From Podarcis gaigeae (Eukaryota): a DNA stretch of 64,000 nt. Where the stretch lies: assembly GCA_964106915.2 (NCBI GenBank), contig OZ066923.1, one strand, 5' to 3'. The translations under genes and the position numbers were made by a program. A model generated the notes under the pieces. That model was not told where the DNA came from. It saw only the letters and a program-made list of their open reading frames with translations, and ran no database searches. This document shows, piece by piece, positions 12,450-25,262 of this stretch; positions within the stretch are counted from its first letter, which is position 1; every line of letters starts with the position of its first letter.

Positions 12450-13043
12450 CATGTACAGCACCGTCAAATCTTGGGTGAGCACCTCCTTCCCTCAGCCAGG
12501 GCATTGAAAATGGGTCGAGGATGGGTATTCCAGCATGACAATGACCCAAAACACACGGCCAAGGCAACAAAGGAGTGGCTCAAGAAGAAGCACATTAAGG
12601 TCCTGGAGTGGCCTAGTCAGTCTCCAGACCTTAATCCCATCAAAAATCTGTGGAGGGAGCTGAAGGTTCAAGTAGCTACACATCAGCCTTGAAATCTTAC
12701 TGACTTGGAGAGGATCTGCAAAGAGGAGTGGGACAAAATTCCTCCTGAGGTGTGTGCAAACCTGCTGGCCAGCTATAAGAAACATCTGACCACTGTATTT
12801 GGCAACAAGGGTTTTGCCACCAAGTACTAAGTCATCTTTGGCAAAGGGATCAAATACTTATTTCACTCATTATAATGCACACCAATCTCTGACATCAGTT
12901 TTCTGGGTTTCTGGGGGTTTTCCTGTTGTTATTCTGTCTCTCGCAGCTACAATAAACCTACCATTAAAATTATGGACTGGTTATTTCTTCGTCAGAAGGC
13001 AAATGGGCAAATTTAGCAAGGGGATCAAATATTTTCCCCCCTC
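12450..13043 (+). mobile_element. Tc1 transposon 3' fragment (dead DD34E transposase and right IR/DR end)
   Basis: [14 protein letters not shown]...[17 protein letters not shown] (catalytic E to K); premature TGA at 12690; native stop near 12830. Confidence 0.9.
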
Positions 13044-14076
13044 CAAACTCCATAATTGGTACTGTCAACTATTCAGGCAACTATGAAGCTAAGGAAGTCC
13101 AGATGCCATGATATTATGTAAGGTGACCATTATTTATGGTGACTTCGGTGAACCACAGTGAGCTCTTCCTCCTCATTCCTCCATCCTTATAGCTATGAAG
13201 AAATTGGAAGATTTTGCTTCCATTTTTTAATGAAGTATAGTTTTATTAACCACCATAAACTATGACCAATTTTAACTATGGTTTCTTGAAACAAGCCAGC
13301 TTCATAACTCACTGCTGGATTCAGATAAAATCCCAAACTGTAGTTAATCAAAAAGAGAAGCAAAAACTCCTATTTCCTTCTCATGACTATGCTGGAGGAA
13401 GTCACTGTGACTTGCTCCCATCACAAGAAACTATGGCTTATGCCCAAACCAGCACGCTGTTGGATACGGAATAACATAGTTCTGCATACATAGATCTTTG
13501 CCACTACGCCAAGAGCAATCCTTGTGGGCTGCTGGAGCCAGCTGTAAGCATACGGCATACGGCTGTTCCAAGAAATTAAATCCCGCTAGAAATATGGACA
13601 TTTAAAGGGCAGTGAACTGCAAAAGACATAGCTGCTAGACTGCATAATTCATCTCCAGTTTTAAGGAGACTCAGAATTAATACCGCAAAGTAATCGTTAA
13701 GATTTTTTAAAAACCACCCTTGTTTCTGATCCCCTTCATTCCCTGTTTTAAGCCAGATGGAATCCTTCCTACAGTACATTTCAAGCAGCATATTATTAAA
13801 ATATATGCAGACAGTCACGTGGCAAAGTTCTGCCTGTCACCCACTCTTCAGTTTAGGCTGCTCTGCCGAAAACAAGAGAAATAGCAGTTTTAAAAGATCA
13901 GAGGGATGATGTTAACAACACTTAGCTTGCTCACTCGCCCTTAGCATTGCCATCTGAACATCAGTTCTACAAATCCCAGAGCCCTCTGAAAAGCAGAATG
14001 TTGCCTTGTTGTGCTTTTTCCTGGGTTCATGTCAATTTCAACAGACAGCACATGGCTTGCTTGGGTTCCCCTTTAC

Positions 14077-14160
14077 CTGCTCAAGCATAAGTTCCCTCAA
14101 GCATGCGATCTTCTCTCCATCCTCTGGGTGGTTCAAGATATATTCCTTCACAAAGAATGC
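14077..14160 (-). CDS. DOCK4: DOCK4 exon, 84 nt
   Basis: gctcag|GCA...CAG|gtaaag; AFFVKEYILNHPEDGEKIACLRELMLEQ. Confidence 0.96.
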
Positions 14161-14698
14161 CTGAGCAGAATATAATTGTAGCACAGGGTCTACATGTTAG
14201 TTCAAAGTACATCGTGTTTACAAGAGTTTCCATCCAAACCCAGTCCTCCTGACAGCAGCCTGCCATCTCCTTAAATTACATTTCAGCTCAAAAGAGCAAT
14301 GCAGGTTCACGGTCAGTTCATTTCAACGGTAATACATGTTTGCAAGGTATTATTGTTACCGTGCTGTTACTCACTCACTTCTACATCTAACGGTGCATAA
14401 GCAGCTGCCTGTCACCTTAAACCCAGGTTCTCTGATGAACATTGCTTTAATAAAATGTGTCAATTTCCATTCCGTGTTAATCAGCATGTCTGCAAAACCA
14501 AGGAAGGGTCCTGCAGCACTTTAAAGTTGAACACATTTATTATGGCACAAGGTTTTGTGGTTTTAATAAATTGCTGGTAAGTGTCATATGGGATGCATCC
14601 AACTGAGTTTTTCTTAGAGCAGGCACATTGAATTTAATGGTCTTGATGTATCTATTTATTTCAATAGGACTTCTCTGAGTATGACTGTTTATCTAGAT

Positions 14699-15091
14699 CA
14701 GGGGTAGGCAACCTAAAGCCCGTGGGCCGGATACGGCCCAATCACCTTCTCAATCCAGCCCACGGACGGTCTGGAAATCAGCATGTTTTTACATGAGTAG
14801 AATGTGTCCTTTTCTTTAAAATGCATCTCTGGGTTATTTGTGGGGGCTGCCTGGTGTTTTTACATAAGTAGAATGTATGCTTTTATTTAAAATGCATCTC
14901 TGGGTTATTTGTGGGGCATAGGAATTCATTCAATTCCCCCCCCCCCCAAAAAAAATATAAAATGCATCTCTGGCTTATTTGTGGGGCATAGGAATTCATT
15001 CAATCCCCCCCCCCCAAAATATAGTCTGTCTCGCCACATGGTCTAAGGGATGATGGACCAGCCCACAGGTGAAAAAGGTTGCTGACCCCTG
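14699..15091 (+). mobile_element. Non-autonomous hAT (Charlie-like) element
   Basis: TIR caggggtaggcaacct / aggttgctgacccctg; 8-bp TSD atctagat; internal triplication of aaaatgcatctctgg..ttatttgtgggg. Confidence 0.9.
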
Positions 15092-15321
15092 ATCTAGATA
15101 CAGTCCCCAAGTACTGGGATTGTATCTGGGAAGAAGGGCTGGATAAAATGGTGATAAATGCTATCTCAGCCTACATAGTCAATCAGATTTCTAAACAGTC
15201 CCAATTAGTGTGACAGATAGGATTAAGTTAAATATTATTATATAGCTAAGTAAGGTGGAGCAGAGGGGTTTTAAATAAGAATACACCTTAACCCCCAGCA
15301 CTTTAGGTAAGAAGGACGTAC

Positions 15322-15498
15322 CTCTTGGTACCTGGTGACTCCACCGTTCACCGCTGCATCAATGACCCCATTCAAACACATTGTGAGGGGGTTGATGTTC
15401 TGCATCTGTCGAGTCTGACACTGACTGATCAGTGTCCTCAGCTGTTGGTTTTTATTTTCCAGCACTTCAATAGCATTCTCCAAGGGGCTCATTTCCAC
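15322..15498 (-). CDS. DOCK4: DOCK4 exon, 177 nt (DHR-2 nucleotide-sensor VNGG motif)
   Basis: tttcag|GTG...GAG|gtacgt; VEMSPLENAIEVLENKNQQLRTLISQCQTRQMQNINPLTMCLNGVIDAAVNGGVTRYQE. Confidence 0.97.
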
Positions 15499-16361
15499 CT
15501 GAAAACCATCAACAGCAATGCATTTGCTTATTTGACACAGACTTAGCAGCTCCTTTGCAACTGCCGACAGCTTTGACAACTTCATCTCTGATGTGCTATT
15601 CTGACTGAAGAGAAATTAAGCACCACCCCACTTCCCAGTGATGTTCTGGAAAGCTTGAGGATATGTAGAGTGTCGGGTGAAATCTGTGACCAAAATTACA
15701 AGAGGTGTTAAAGCTACTATCTAGTGCTATTTATTTAGCCCTGCACCTCAGCTAAAAGCAGCATGGAAGAGATATCATAACTATACATGCCATGTATTTG
15801 TTGTAGTGGTTTAGAACTAAATCTTTATGCGCAATGACTATAGCTATAAGATTTCTATATTTACATTTCTGTTAAATGCACTTGGTTAATGTTTATTCAC
15901 ATTCAGAAATAATTATATAACAATCTCTTTATTTCTCCCTCTCTCTGTCTCTTTCATGGGATGAGCTTCTATCCAGTTTTAGCAGTTCCCAGGATATGGT
16001 CCCAGAGCATTGTGTACCCAAGGCAGATATGACCACCATTTTGCTTAAATTAAGCAGATCTGATCAGTGCCTACATGGGAGACCTTCTGGGGACCACATT
16101 TATGTCATTTTGGGTTTGATGGGTGAAGAGGGGTGGAATATAAATGGAAGAAAAGAAATAATTTCTGCACTGAGTTCGTTCACTCCCCAACCCCAAATAC
16201 CATACCATACCATTTCATTTGCTATTTGTTATTATCTAACTCATTTAATTTACAACAGTGCCAGAGGAGGATGGTCAACTAGGTAGGAGGGATAATTTTA
16301 TTTGGCCAGCAAATAAACCGATCTAATTTGCACTGAGTGGACTGATACACAGACTGGAAAG

Positions 16362-16778
16362 TATTGTACTTTTCTGTGTGTAAGACTTGGTTTTTTTCTT
16401 TAAAAATTATGCTAAAAAGCAGGGGTTGTCTTATACATGGATAGTGCATAAGGTGGACATTTGGTTGGTTGCTGCCATGGCTGTCAGTGACTATTGGGTG
16501 TGGTATTGGATGCTGCATCAAAGGCTGGTATTGATTGGCTGATGTTGGGCAACTGGGTGGGCGATTTGCAGCTTCTGCCGGCAAGGGGACAGAGAAGCGA
16601 ATGTGCAGGTGAGCGATTTTTGGAAACCCCCTCCCAAAAAGCTCAACAACCCTGTGCAATCCCCCCCCTCAAAAAGCTCAACAACTCTGAGGCTTCCCTC
16701 CCCCCCCCCCATTTTCTTAAATTTGAGTCCCCCAAAATAGGGGGCGTCATATACATGGGGGTGTGAAAAAATACAGCA
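16362..16778. mobile_element. Degenerate Tc1/mariner-superfamily MITE (CCGTA-terminal type)
   Basis: Motifs gtgtaagac, gtcttatacatgg and ggggcgtcatatacatggg resemble the ends seen at 63778 and 27600-27687. Confidence 0.5.
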
Positions 16779-16914
16779 ATTGTTCTTCAGATTTTCCTCT
16801 TTGAATTTTTGTCACATAGTTCTTTGCTCACAAATGTGCTTAACAGATATTTTCTTTTAAATAAAATGCATTTGCACTGATATAAATACGCATCTAAACA
16901 CTTATGCTATGAGG

Positions 16915-17385
16915 AATAATAATAATAATAAACCTTTATTGTCACTACACCACCTGTGTGCAGTGAAATTAAATGAGCCCCCCCCCCATACATTCAGTCT
17001 TGTTCCTGCTCTGTGTGCTTGTCAGAAGTCAATTACACCACTATTTTTTCCCATTCAGCAGCCTAACAGCCACGGATAAAAACTGTTCTTTAACCTGTTG
17101 GTGCAGCTGACTATACTTCTGTATCTCCTGCCCAAAGGTAGGAGATTAAAAAGTGCTGGCCAGGGTGTGAGTCATCCCTAAGAATTTTCCTCACTCTCCT
17201 GAGGCAGCGGTCTCCCACAATGTCATTTAGCAAACTCAGAGGACAGCCCATGATGTCATGTGTTGTATTCACCACCCTCCATAGGGACTTCCTGACCGTG
17301 GCTGTCAAACCAGCGTGTCACACTGTTATACAGTATGAAAGGACACTTTCTATTGTGGACCGGTAGAAGGAGATCATCAATACCA
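16915..17385 (-). mobile_element. Rex1/Babar LINE 3' fragment
   Basis: Minus frames: FYRSTIESVLSYCITV...RVVNT...RCLRRVRKILRDDSHPG...GRRYRS; (TTA)n tail. Confidence 0.8.
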
Positions 17386-17547
17386 ATGAAAGTAACTTGT
17401 TTTTTAAATAATAAATAATTCACAGATGAATATAGAAACCGGACAGAATTAACACGTACAAAATTTGCATGGAGGGGCTACAGACTGATACATCTATCAC
17501 TATGGTCAGTACCCAAAATGACGAGGGTAAATTCAATCCATACTCAC

Positions 17548-17634
17548 TACTTCACGTTTCTCCACTTCAAACCAACGTGAAATCCCAGGCAAGCTCTGCA
17601 CCAAGATCAGTGTGGTTCTCTCCACCCACAAACT
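17548..17634 (-). CDS. DOCK4: DOCK4 exon, 87 nt
   Basis: tttcag|AGT...GTA|gtgagt; SLWVERTTLILVQSLPGISRWFEVEKREV. Confidence 0.96.
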
Positions 17635-19129
17635 CTGAAACAAAGGAACGTTAATTACACAGCAGCCCAAATTCCTTACCCGCTATTCTTGAGTGGGTGT
17701 GGGTGGAGCACAGATGCCATGCTACCCAGCCTGGACCTAAATCTGCTGGTCTCTGCTGCCAGCAGAGGAGCCCCGCCAACAAGGGGCACTCCAAAGTGTC
17801 GGCCCAAGTGGTGGGCAGAAGAGACCACGGGTGGTTCCCCTGCCAGAAACAGCCAGCAGAACCCTCCACCCCTGAAGTGGGCAGCCATATACACCACCTC
17901 AAGCTCCTTGGAGAAAAGTTAGAATATAAATGCAAAAACAAATTGATAATACTGTAGGTCTTTCCCCCCAGAATAAATTGATAATAGGTAATTTTAATAA
18001 TAATAATAATAGGTCATTGATAACAGGTCATTGATAATAGGCAATGCAAGGACAGAGGTAATTGATAATAGGTAATTGATAATTGATAAATAAATTGATA
18101 ATAGGTTTTTTCCCCCCAGAAGTATGTAGGAAGAGAAAGTATTCAGCCAATGTTATCTGGTCTGCATTTATTTCATAAAATTTTATATATTGTTTGACTG
18201 TAAACAGTAAACAAAAAAGAACCCTCAAAGCAGTTTATAGAAAGTTATCCTTGGATTCTCATCAGTAATTGATGCAAACCCAAAAATATAATGGGAAGTT
18301 TATATTTATGAGTGAAAAATCTCACACCGGATACAATGCAGGGGGGGGGAGTTCTGTATACCAAGGAGGCTTTGAATTTGAACACATACACACATACATA
18401 GGGGGCATTTCAAAAGGCAGCTGTTGGGGTTTTTAAAAGCCACATGCAAGATGTCCATAAACATTAATTTCAGAAAAGCCCACAACTATAAATTTTTTCT
18501 TTCATCCACAATCAACCTACGAGTCATCCTCGTCCCTCCACCACTGCTTTTCTCCTAATAGCCAACCCATCCCCGCCAAATGGAACATCAAATTTCAGGG
18601 AAAATTGGATAATAATAACAACCAGAAATCCACAGACCAAAATGAAAAGAAAGAAAAAGAGGAAAGAGCAGAAGGAGGAAATAAAACAAATGAAACCCCA
18701 GCTATACAAAGATGAAATCAATTGTTGCACATTTTCCAATAAACTAACGGTTTTGATAAACTTGAAATAGCTCAAGGAATCCCTGCCAAATATTTTGAAA
18801 CTTTTCCAGAGTTTCTAAATAGGTTATTCTCTCTTTTGCAGCTATGTCAATTAGACATAAATCTCCAGGCCTCACTGCCTTCCAGAACAGCAGGATTAAT
18901 TATCTGGTGACAATTGCTGCACAGTACAAACCAATCTCTCTGATACTTGTTTAGCATCATATCTGTGGTATGTACTCTGGAAGTACATGGGCAGAGTATG
19001 AATTAAATGGCCTATGTAGCACCATGAGAATCGGGGCCAACGCTTCATTCCAGAAAGGCGGTAGGAAGTAAAAACAACCTGAGCATGCCCAACCAATTAA
19101 AATCAATCAGAATTGAGGAAACATCTTAC

Positions 19130-19296
19130 CTTGAATTCATTGTCCTTGTCTTTGGTCCCTTTGTGGAATGGCCTATCATATCGGAATCGCCAGATGTGAT
19201 TCACTTTATAAAAACTTTTGATGTTATCTGGAATGCCTTCTCTTTGCAGCACTTCCTGGCTTTCTGGAATTGGTGTCACGGCATAAATTTGCAGGT
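19130..19296 (-). CDS. DOCK4: DOCK4 exon, 167 nt
   Basis: acatag|AC...AAG|gtaaga; YLQIYAVTPIPESQEVLQREGIPDNIKSFYKVNHIWRFRYDRPFHKGTKDKDNEFK. Confidence 0.96.
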
Positions 19297-20342
19297 CTAT
19301 GTGTAACATGTTAAGGTCAAAGCCAACTTTCCAACCAGCAAAGCTAAACAGATGACCCTTTTCACTAGAAGGAAGGACTCTATTGTACAAATGAAGGTTT
19401 GTACAAATGATACGTATTTGCCATTTGAAAACAAAATATAAACCTTATTATGACATCAGAAGCTTCCACCACAAGCCCCCACCCACTTTCCATTCCAAAA
19501 TTTACCTAATGACAGTGGAGAATGCTCACAATGGAAACGTTTGCAATGAGCCCAAGTGTTTTGTGGTCACCAGGAAGCACAGGAAATATAGTTCCCATGG
19601 TTTTTGCTTAAAACCCCACCCAGATTCATGAAATGGGTAATGATATCAGTGGAATCAAGTGTTAATAAAGAATCATAGGAATCCTGCGATTCTTTGCAGT
19701 CTAGTGCACAAGCAACATAATGAAATAACAGATATTCATAGCTGTGAGTATTCTAGTTTGCAAAAGCTTAGATAGGGTCCACAAAGCGGCACCATGGATT
19801 TTTAAATATAACACCACAACTGGGACAACAAAATGGTGCCATGTGGAGTGCTTCTCTCCAGCGTCTCAGTCAACCAGACACAACTTCTTTCAGGATATGC
19901 TATTCCATTCCCCTTCCCCAAAATATAATTATGCAGCCACTGAGCATGTTTTGTCCCATCAGGCTATGGGAGGGCTGCCCCTTTAGTTTTGCTCTCCTAA
20001 ATACCTCTCTCTTGTTTCTCTGTCTTGCTCTGTCTTAGCAATATGGTCATCATAACTAAAAGAAAAAAATGTTCATTTCAGCTTCACCAATGCTAACAGT
20101 GGTTTTCCTTTGATTACACTGGGGGGCGTGGAGAATGCATGCTAATAATGAACAGGTGATCTAACTGCTAGTATATGTGATTTCATTATTTCCATACTTT
20201 TGTCAGAAAAAGAAGAAAAAGCCATCCTTTGCACCGGCACTGCTGAAGTGGGCTTTTGGAGGAATTTCATTCATTTCAACCATGCTACAGGTGAACTGTG
20301 TGCATTAAGGCAGGCATACTGTACTGTCAACCGAGTGGATAC
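19297..20342 (-). other. U12-type (minor spliceosome) GT-AG intron
   Basis: Donor GTATCCAC; branch site ACCTTAAC about 14 nt before the AG; no polypyrimidine tract. Confidence 0.85.
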
Positions 20343-20484
20343 ACTGTGCTTCTGCTTGAAAGATGGTTTCATCGGGTTGATTGGCATGTTGCATAGCAAT
20401 GGCATGTGGAAACTCGTTCAGCATCCGCTGTTGAAAAGCCTCCAAACGCTCATAGTCATGCCCTCGGCAAACAAATTCTTTGTT
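20343..20484 (-). CDS. DOCK4: DOCK4 exon, 142 nt
   Basis: tcccag|AAC...CAGT|gtatcc; NKEFVCRGHDYERLEAFQQRMLNEFPHAIAMQHANQPDETIFQAEAQ. Confidence 0.96.
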
Positions 20485-20897
20485 CTGGGAGGAATAAAAG
20501 CAAAGTAAGTTACACAAAAACAGCAACAACAAAAAAGAGGCTACCATTAGCCAGTAAGATAATTCACAAAGGTGTTTCCTCCCCACCCCTCCCCCAATTC
20601 AAATTAGAAATAAAAAACACTGAAAGCATTTTCACTGTCATAGTCAAGAAGCTTTGTAATTCCCCTTATTCCACTCCTTTTTTGTCAGACTGTGTGTAGT
20701 TTTGGTTATTACGTGTAATCACACCTTTTGCACCATGTGATATTCTTCGTGATCGTGGCATAAGAGAACAGTTCTTAAAAATAAAGATGGTTTTAAGAAG
20801 AGAGTGATCTTATTTCCAAACACATAATTTTGCAAAAGAAAGCATAAAAACCGGCAACAAACTATAAAGATGAAAATATCCAGCGGTGCTGTAGAAC

Positions 20898-21086
20898 TGG
20901 GGAAGGAATGTAGCTCACTGGCAAAGCACCTGTTCTGCATGCAGAACATCCCAGGGTTGAACCCCCAGCAATTCCAGGTAGGGCAGGGAATGTTCCATGT
21001 CTGAAATCCTGGACAGTTGCTGCAGCTCAGTATAGTCAATTCTGACCAATGGGCTGATTCGGTATACGGCAGCTGCATATATTCCT
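20898..21086 (+). mobile_element. tRNA-derived squamate SINE (Squam3-like)
   Basis: tRNA-like head gtagctcactggcaaagcacctgttctgcatgcag...; similar copy at 23807. Confidence 0.7.
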
Positions 21087-21519
21087 CAGAGGACTCTTGT
21101 TCTTGGAATGATCTCAGTGCATTTGCAGCTTATTTCTCAAGAGTGCCTTGATTTTCGAACTCCTCCCAAGCCTAACTTGCTTTCCCTCTTTTCAATTGTT
21201 TCCCATCTCTTTACCATCGAAATGAAGCAAAACAAAGAAACTCTGTTTTGTAGGTACTGCAAACCCCTCGAGAAAGAGCCGTAAGAAGATAGGAATGCAT
21301 CTGGGTTAGTTTTCAAGACTAAAAATAACCTCTTAGAGCACTGTGGATATTTTATCTCGTTTTCATTGTAGACTGCTGTTCATGTTTCTAAACTATAAAG
21401 GCAAGCCAGACCAGTCGTATATCCCTTATGGGAAATGTATCTTATTTTTCTTTATCAGGGCCTTTACTCAAAGTGCAAAAGCAGCCCCTCACAAACTGCA
21501 CAAAGTAAACAACAGGAGC

Positions 21520-21690
21520 AACAGCAACAATTATTTTTACTACACCCATCTGACTGGGTTGCACTAGCCACTCTGGGCAGCTTCCGACATATATAAAAAC
21601 AAAATAAGACACGAAACATTAAAAAGCTTCCCTATAGCAGGCTGCCTTCAGATGTCTTCTAAAGGTTATATAGTTACTCATCTCCTTGAC
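21520..21690 (-). mobile_element. L2 3' end fragment
   Basis: Matches the 3' UTR of the L2 copies at 32170, 46930 and 52533. Confidence 0.75.
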
Positions 21691-22599
21691 AGTAAGACAG
21701 TGCATTGGGTTTTAAGGATAGGAAGAGGTCACCACTACTGAGCAGTGATCTGAAGTTACGGGGGGAAGCTCCCCATGTCTTTGAAGGCAAAACATATGGG
21801 GCAGCAGTGGAGGGACCAAAGGCAGGAGATGGACATATCTACATGGTGCTAAGTCCACAATGGGTTTTCCTAGGTAGTCAGTGGCTGTGCATCTTCAGTG
21901 TTACATTCAGCAATCCCCTTGCTTCTACCATGGACCCATGACTCTGCTGTTAAGAGACTTTTCCTTCAGTTGCCACTCGCTGGCGACAGCCTTTTCTAAT
22001 GACTTTCTAGCCATTGTGCCAGATCAGCAGCCACCACTGGTGCTAGGATTTGGAAGGCTCATGAATGGCTCAGTAGTTGTGCTACTGATACTAAAAGATC
22101 TCTTTCCACTCCAGTTCCCTGTATCTCAGATCAGTAATGCTCCACTTGCACAAGAACCTCACTAATTCTATATATGACATAATTTCCCTACGTCCAGTGT
22201 GTTGTAAATAATATATGCCTTTGGCACTTCCGTTTATATATATTTTTTTTCTCGTAGCAAAGCAATTCACTGGGTTTCTCCCCATACATCTTTATGGTGG
22301 TTCTCTAGGATTTGATGATACAATTATCTTGAAAACCACCAGACACAAACAATTACCAACTTGACAACTATAGGAGCATGAACCGCGTAGAATTCTTATT
22401 ATTTACAATCGAAACACTTCACGTTGCTATGGGAGCCGAAAAGATTCCTTGAAGGAGATAAAAATACCACACCTCGAGTAAACCTTGTATTCCTGGAATG
22501 GTTTACAAAAGGATTCAGAAATTGGCATTGATCTAAACGTTTGTGTTTGAGGGGCCCTGTAAATTGCTACAGATGTAATCACTCTGCAAGATTATTACT

Positions 22600-23230
22600 A
22601 TTGTTCTCTTTATCACTATTCTTTCATTAGTCCACTGCCTCATATACCTCAAGGGTCTCGAGGCAACTTACATCAGTAAAACAGAACATAGGAAAACATG
22701 TACAATAAGACACAAAATTATTAATTGTGCACAAATATCCAAACATTAAAATCTCCAGTTTCTAGCCTACTTACACTATGCTCCACCATTAAGCCAACCA
22801 GCTAAAGAATAACTATGAAATTTCAGCAGCAGAAAAAGCATCAACCACCAAACACCTGGGAGTAAAGCAAAGTCTTGGCACGGGACCAAAAAGATGACCA
22901 TGTTTGCACCAGACAGGCTATCCTGGTGAGAGAAGTTCACAGCTGGTGGACCACTACTGACAAGTTCCTTTGTCCAGTCGCCACCCTCTGTACTTTTGCC
23001 GCAGGGGCCACTGAGAGGAGGGCCTCTGATGATGACCCAAGGGTAAAGGCAGGTTCATCTGGAAAGAGACATTCTGGAAAGTAATGAGGCCTTGAGCCGT
23101 GGAAGGCTTCGTAGGACAAACCCAGCACTTTCAACTCTGCCCAGAAATGTACTGAAAGGCAGTGAAGTCACGCTAGAACTGGTGTTATGATTTCCAACCA
23201 TTAGCAATCTGGATGCAGAATTATGCTTCT
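22600..23230 (-). mobile_element. Older L2 3' fragment
   Basis: Minus frame KVLGLSYEAFHGSRPHYFPECL...SSSEALLSV aligns with the L2 ORF2 tail. Confidence 0.6.
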
Positions 23231-23806
23231 TTAGTCACATTTGAGCTTCTAACTGGCTTACCGTCCCAAGTAACTCAAATTATTTAATAAGTCTGCTGTT
23301 GTTTATGAACTGACTAATGGAACTACAGAAGGCAAACACTGCAACAAAATCAAATGACTTCTAAGACAACGCCTAAGAGAATATGATGTCTCATGTTACT
23401 TTTAGTAAGTGTGTGGGTGGGTGTCTGTATCTGTCTGTCTGCATATTCCATTGCACTCAACCAGCAATGTGGGGACCCCCAACTTTCACATGTGATATGG
23501 TGAGAGAACTGAGAGAGCAGCCTACATAAAGTAGGTAGGTGGGATGACGACTGCATGCTCACTTTCCCCCCATAAAAGCTGTACATCAGAATCAAAGAGG
23601 AAAAAATGGAGGGAAGGCATAGCCTCAGTGACACAAAAGGTTGTTGCAACTTCTTGAAGTTCATGCCAATGACCTGAATGACCACAGGGGAGTGTTCCTC
23701 TCCTATTCATTTAAAATGGGGAGGCTTCATGATCGCAGTTGACCCTGTCACACACCTTTAAGCTCCTAGAAGGCTGAGCTGCTGTAAGCCTGATTCCTAT
23801 ATGTTT

Positions 23807-23968
23807 GGGGGAAAGGCTGTAGCTCAGTGCTAGAGCATCTGTTTGCATGCAAAAGGTCCCAGATTCAGTCCCCAGCATCTCCAGGTAGCGTTCGGAGAGC
23901 AACTGCCAAGTCACCATTGGCGATACTGAGGTAGGTGGACCAATGGTCTCTCTATAAGGTAGTTCCCA
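23807..23968 (+). mobile_element. Squam3-like SINE
   Basis: gctgtagctcagtgctagagcatctgtttgcatgcaaaaggtcccagattcagtcccc tRNA-like head. Confidence 0.7.
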
Positions 23969-24183
23969 AGCTGCTAAGCAGTGGGAATTAGTGGTATTGA
24001 TGAAATCAGGAATTTATGTCTGCATGGTGAAGCACAATGGCCTTATAGCTGGGTGTGGGTGACCTTATAGCTGGGGGAAAGGGCATCATTTAATGCTCTG
24101 CTTCAGGCGGCAAAAGGTTTTGGGCTAGCTCAGTCATGAATGAAGGCCTTAGTGCAACGTAAGTAGATACAATATATACTCAC

Positions 24184-24288
24184 TCGTAAGAAAAAGGGAA
24201 ATTTTTTCCCATAGAATCCAACTCGGAAAAACTCTGGCTCCAAACGTTGTTGATCCATAATTTTATCATACAAAGAAGCTTCCATCAC
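24184..24288 (-). CDS. DOCK4: DOCK4 exon, 105 nt
   Basis: actcag|GTG...CGA|gtgagt; VMEASLYDKIMDQQRLEPEFFRVGFYGKKFPFFLR. Confidence 0.96.
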
Positions 24289-25175
24289 CTGAGTAAGATC
24301 AGATTGAAAATAAACAAATCAGATAAGCAATATCAATAGCTAAAATGCAAGCAAGGTAAACGAGAGTTCCCCAGCCCACATAAAGATGCTTGAATGTATC
24401 TTTCAGCTTGTGCTTATCCGCATTGGCTCAATATACATCTGGATTTGTATAGACAGGAGGACAAATTGAACATGAGGGGTAGCACAGTGTTTGTAGAATT
24501 AACAAAAGTGTTACTTAACGATTGTGGTTTAGTGTTCAGAGATTCATCAGTCTAAATATAATCAATGTGGAAGGCAGCATTGTACTGCAGTTTAAAAAAT
24601 AAATTAGAGTAGAAATAGAAACCAGTACTGAAGTCGATGGTGCTTGGCAAATGCGAAGCATAATCCTGCCTCAACCTGGCACAATGTTTCTTGGCTTGAA
24701 TGGGCCTGATTCGTGTCTTCTCTTGCCAGGATTTTAAGTACATTACTTAAGAGTTTGGGCATGGCCAGTAGGTGAAATAAGTCCCATTGAGTTCAGAAGA
24801 GCTCAGGTAAGTATATATAGGATTGCAATCTCAATATAGTACAGGAACTACACTGCAATTGCATACAATTTGAACCATTTGTAAATGGCTTTAAAATAAC
24901 ATAGAAGTGTGAGGGTCTCTGCTTTCCTTTTTTGCAGCAATCTGACCCAGGCAAACATGTATGTTAGAATAACAAATGTAGCTAGAACAGGGATTGCTGG
25001 GTTGTAAGAACCTGTTGTAAAAAAAGATTAAGTCAAAACAAAACAAAACAAAACATGAGCATCACAGTTTCAGCATGAAAGTTTCAATGGGAAAAATTAA
25101 ATTGCTGCCTTGCTGACTAAACAAAAGCCAGTTTTATACTGATTCTTAATGGCCAAATACATCTATCTCCATTAC

Positions 25176-25262
25176 CCGCATCTTGCTGAGGTTTCTGTAG
25201 TCGTAATAGCTTTCATACTGCTCAGCGATCTTCCTGCATAAGATAATGCCATTCTCCCAGCA
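25176..25262 (-). CDS. DOCK4: DOCK4 exon, 87 nt
   Basis: ctacag|TGC...CGG|gtaatg; CWENGIILCRKIAEQYESYYDYRNLSKMR. Confidence 0.96.

Noticed and set aside
20898-20975. tRNA-like sequences here and at 23807 and 58620-58697
   Set aside because: They are SINE heads continuing into SINE bodies and lack intact cloverleaves.
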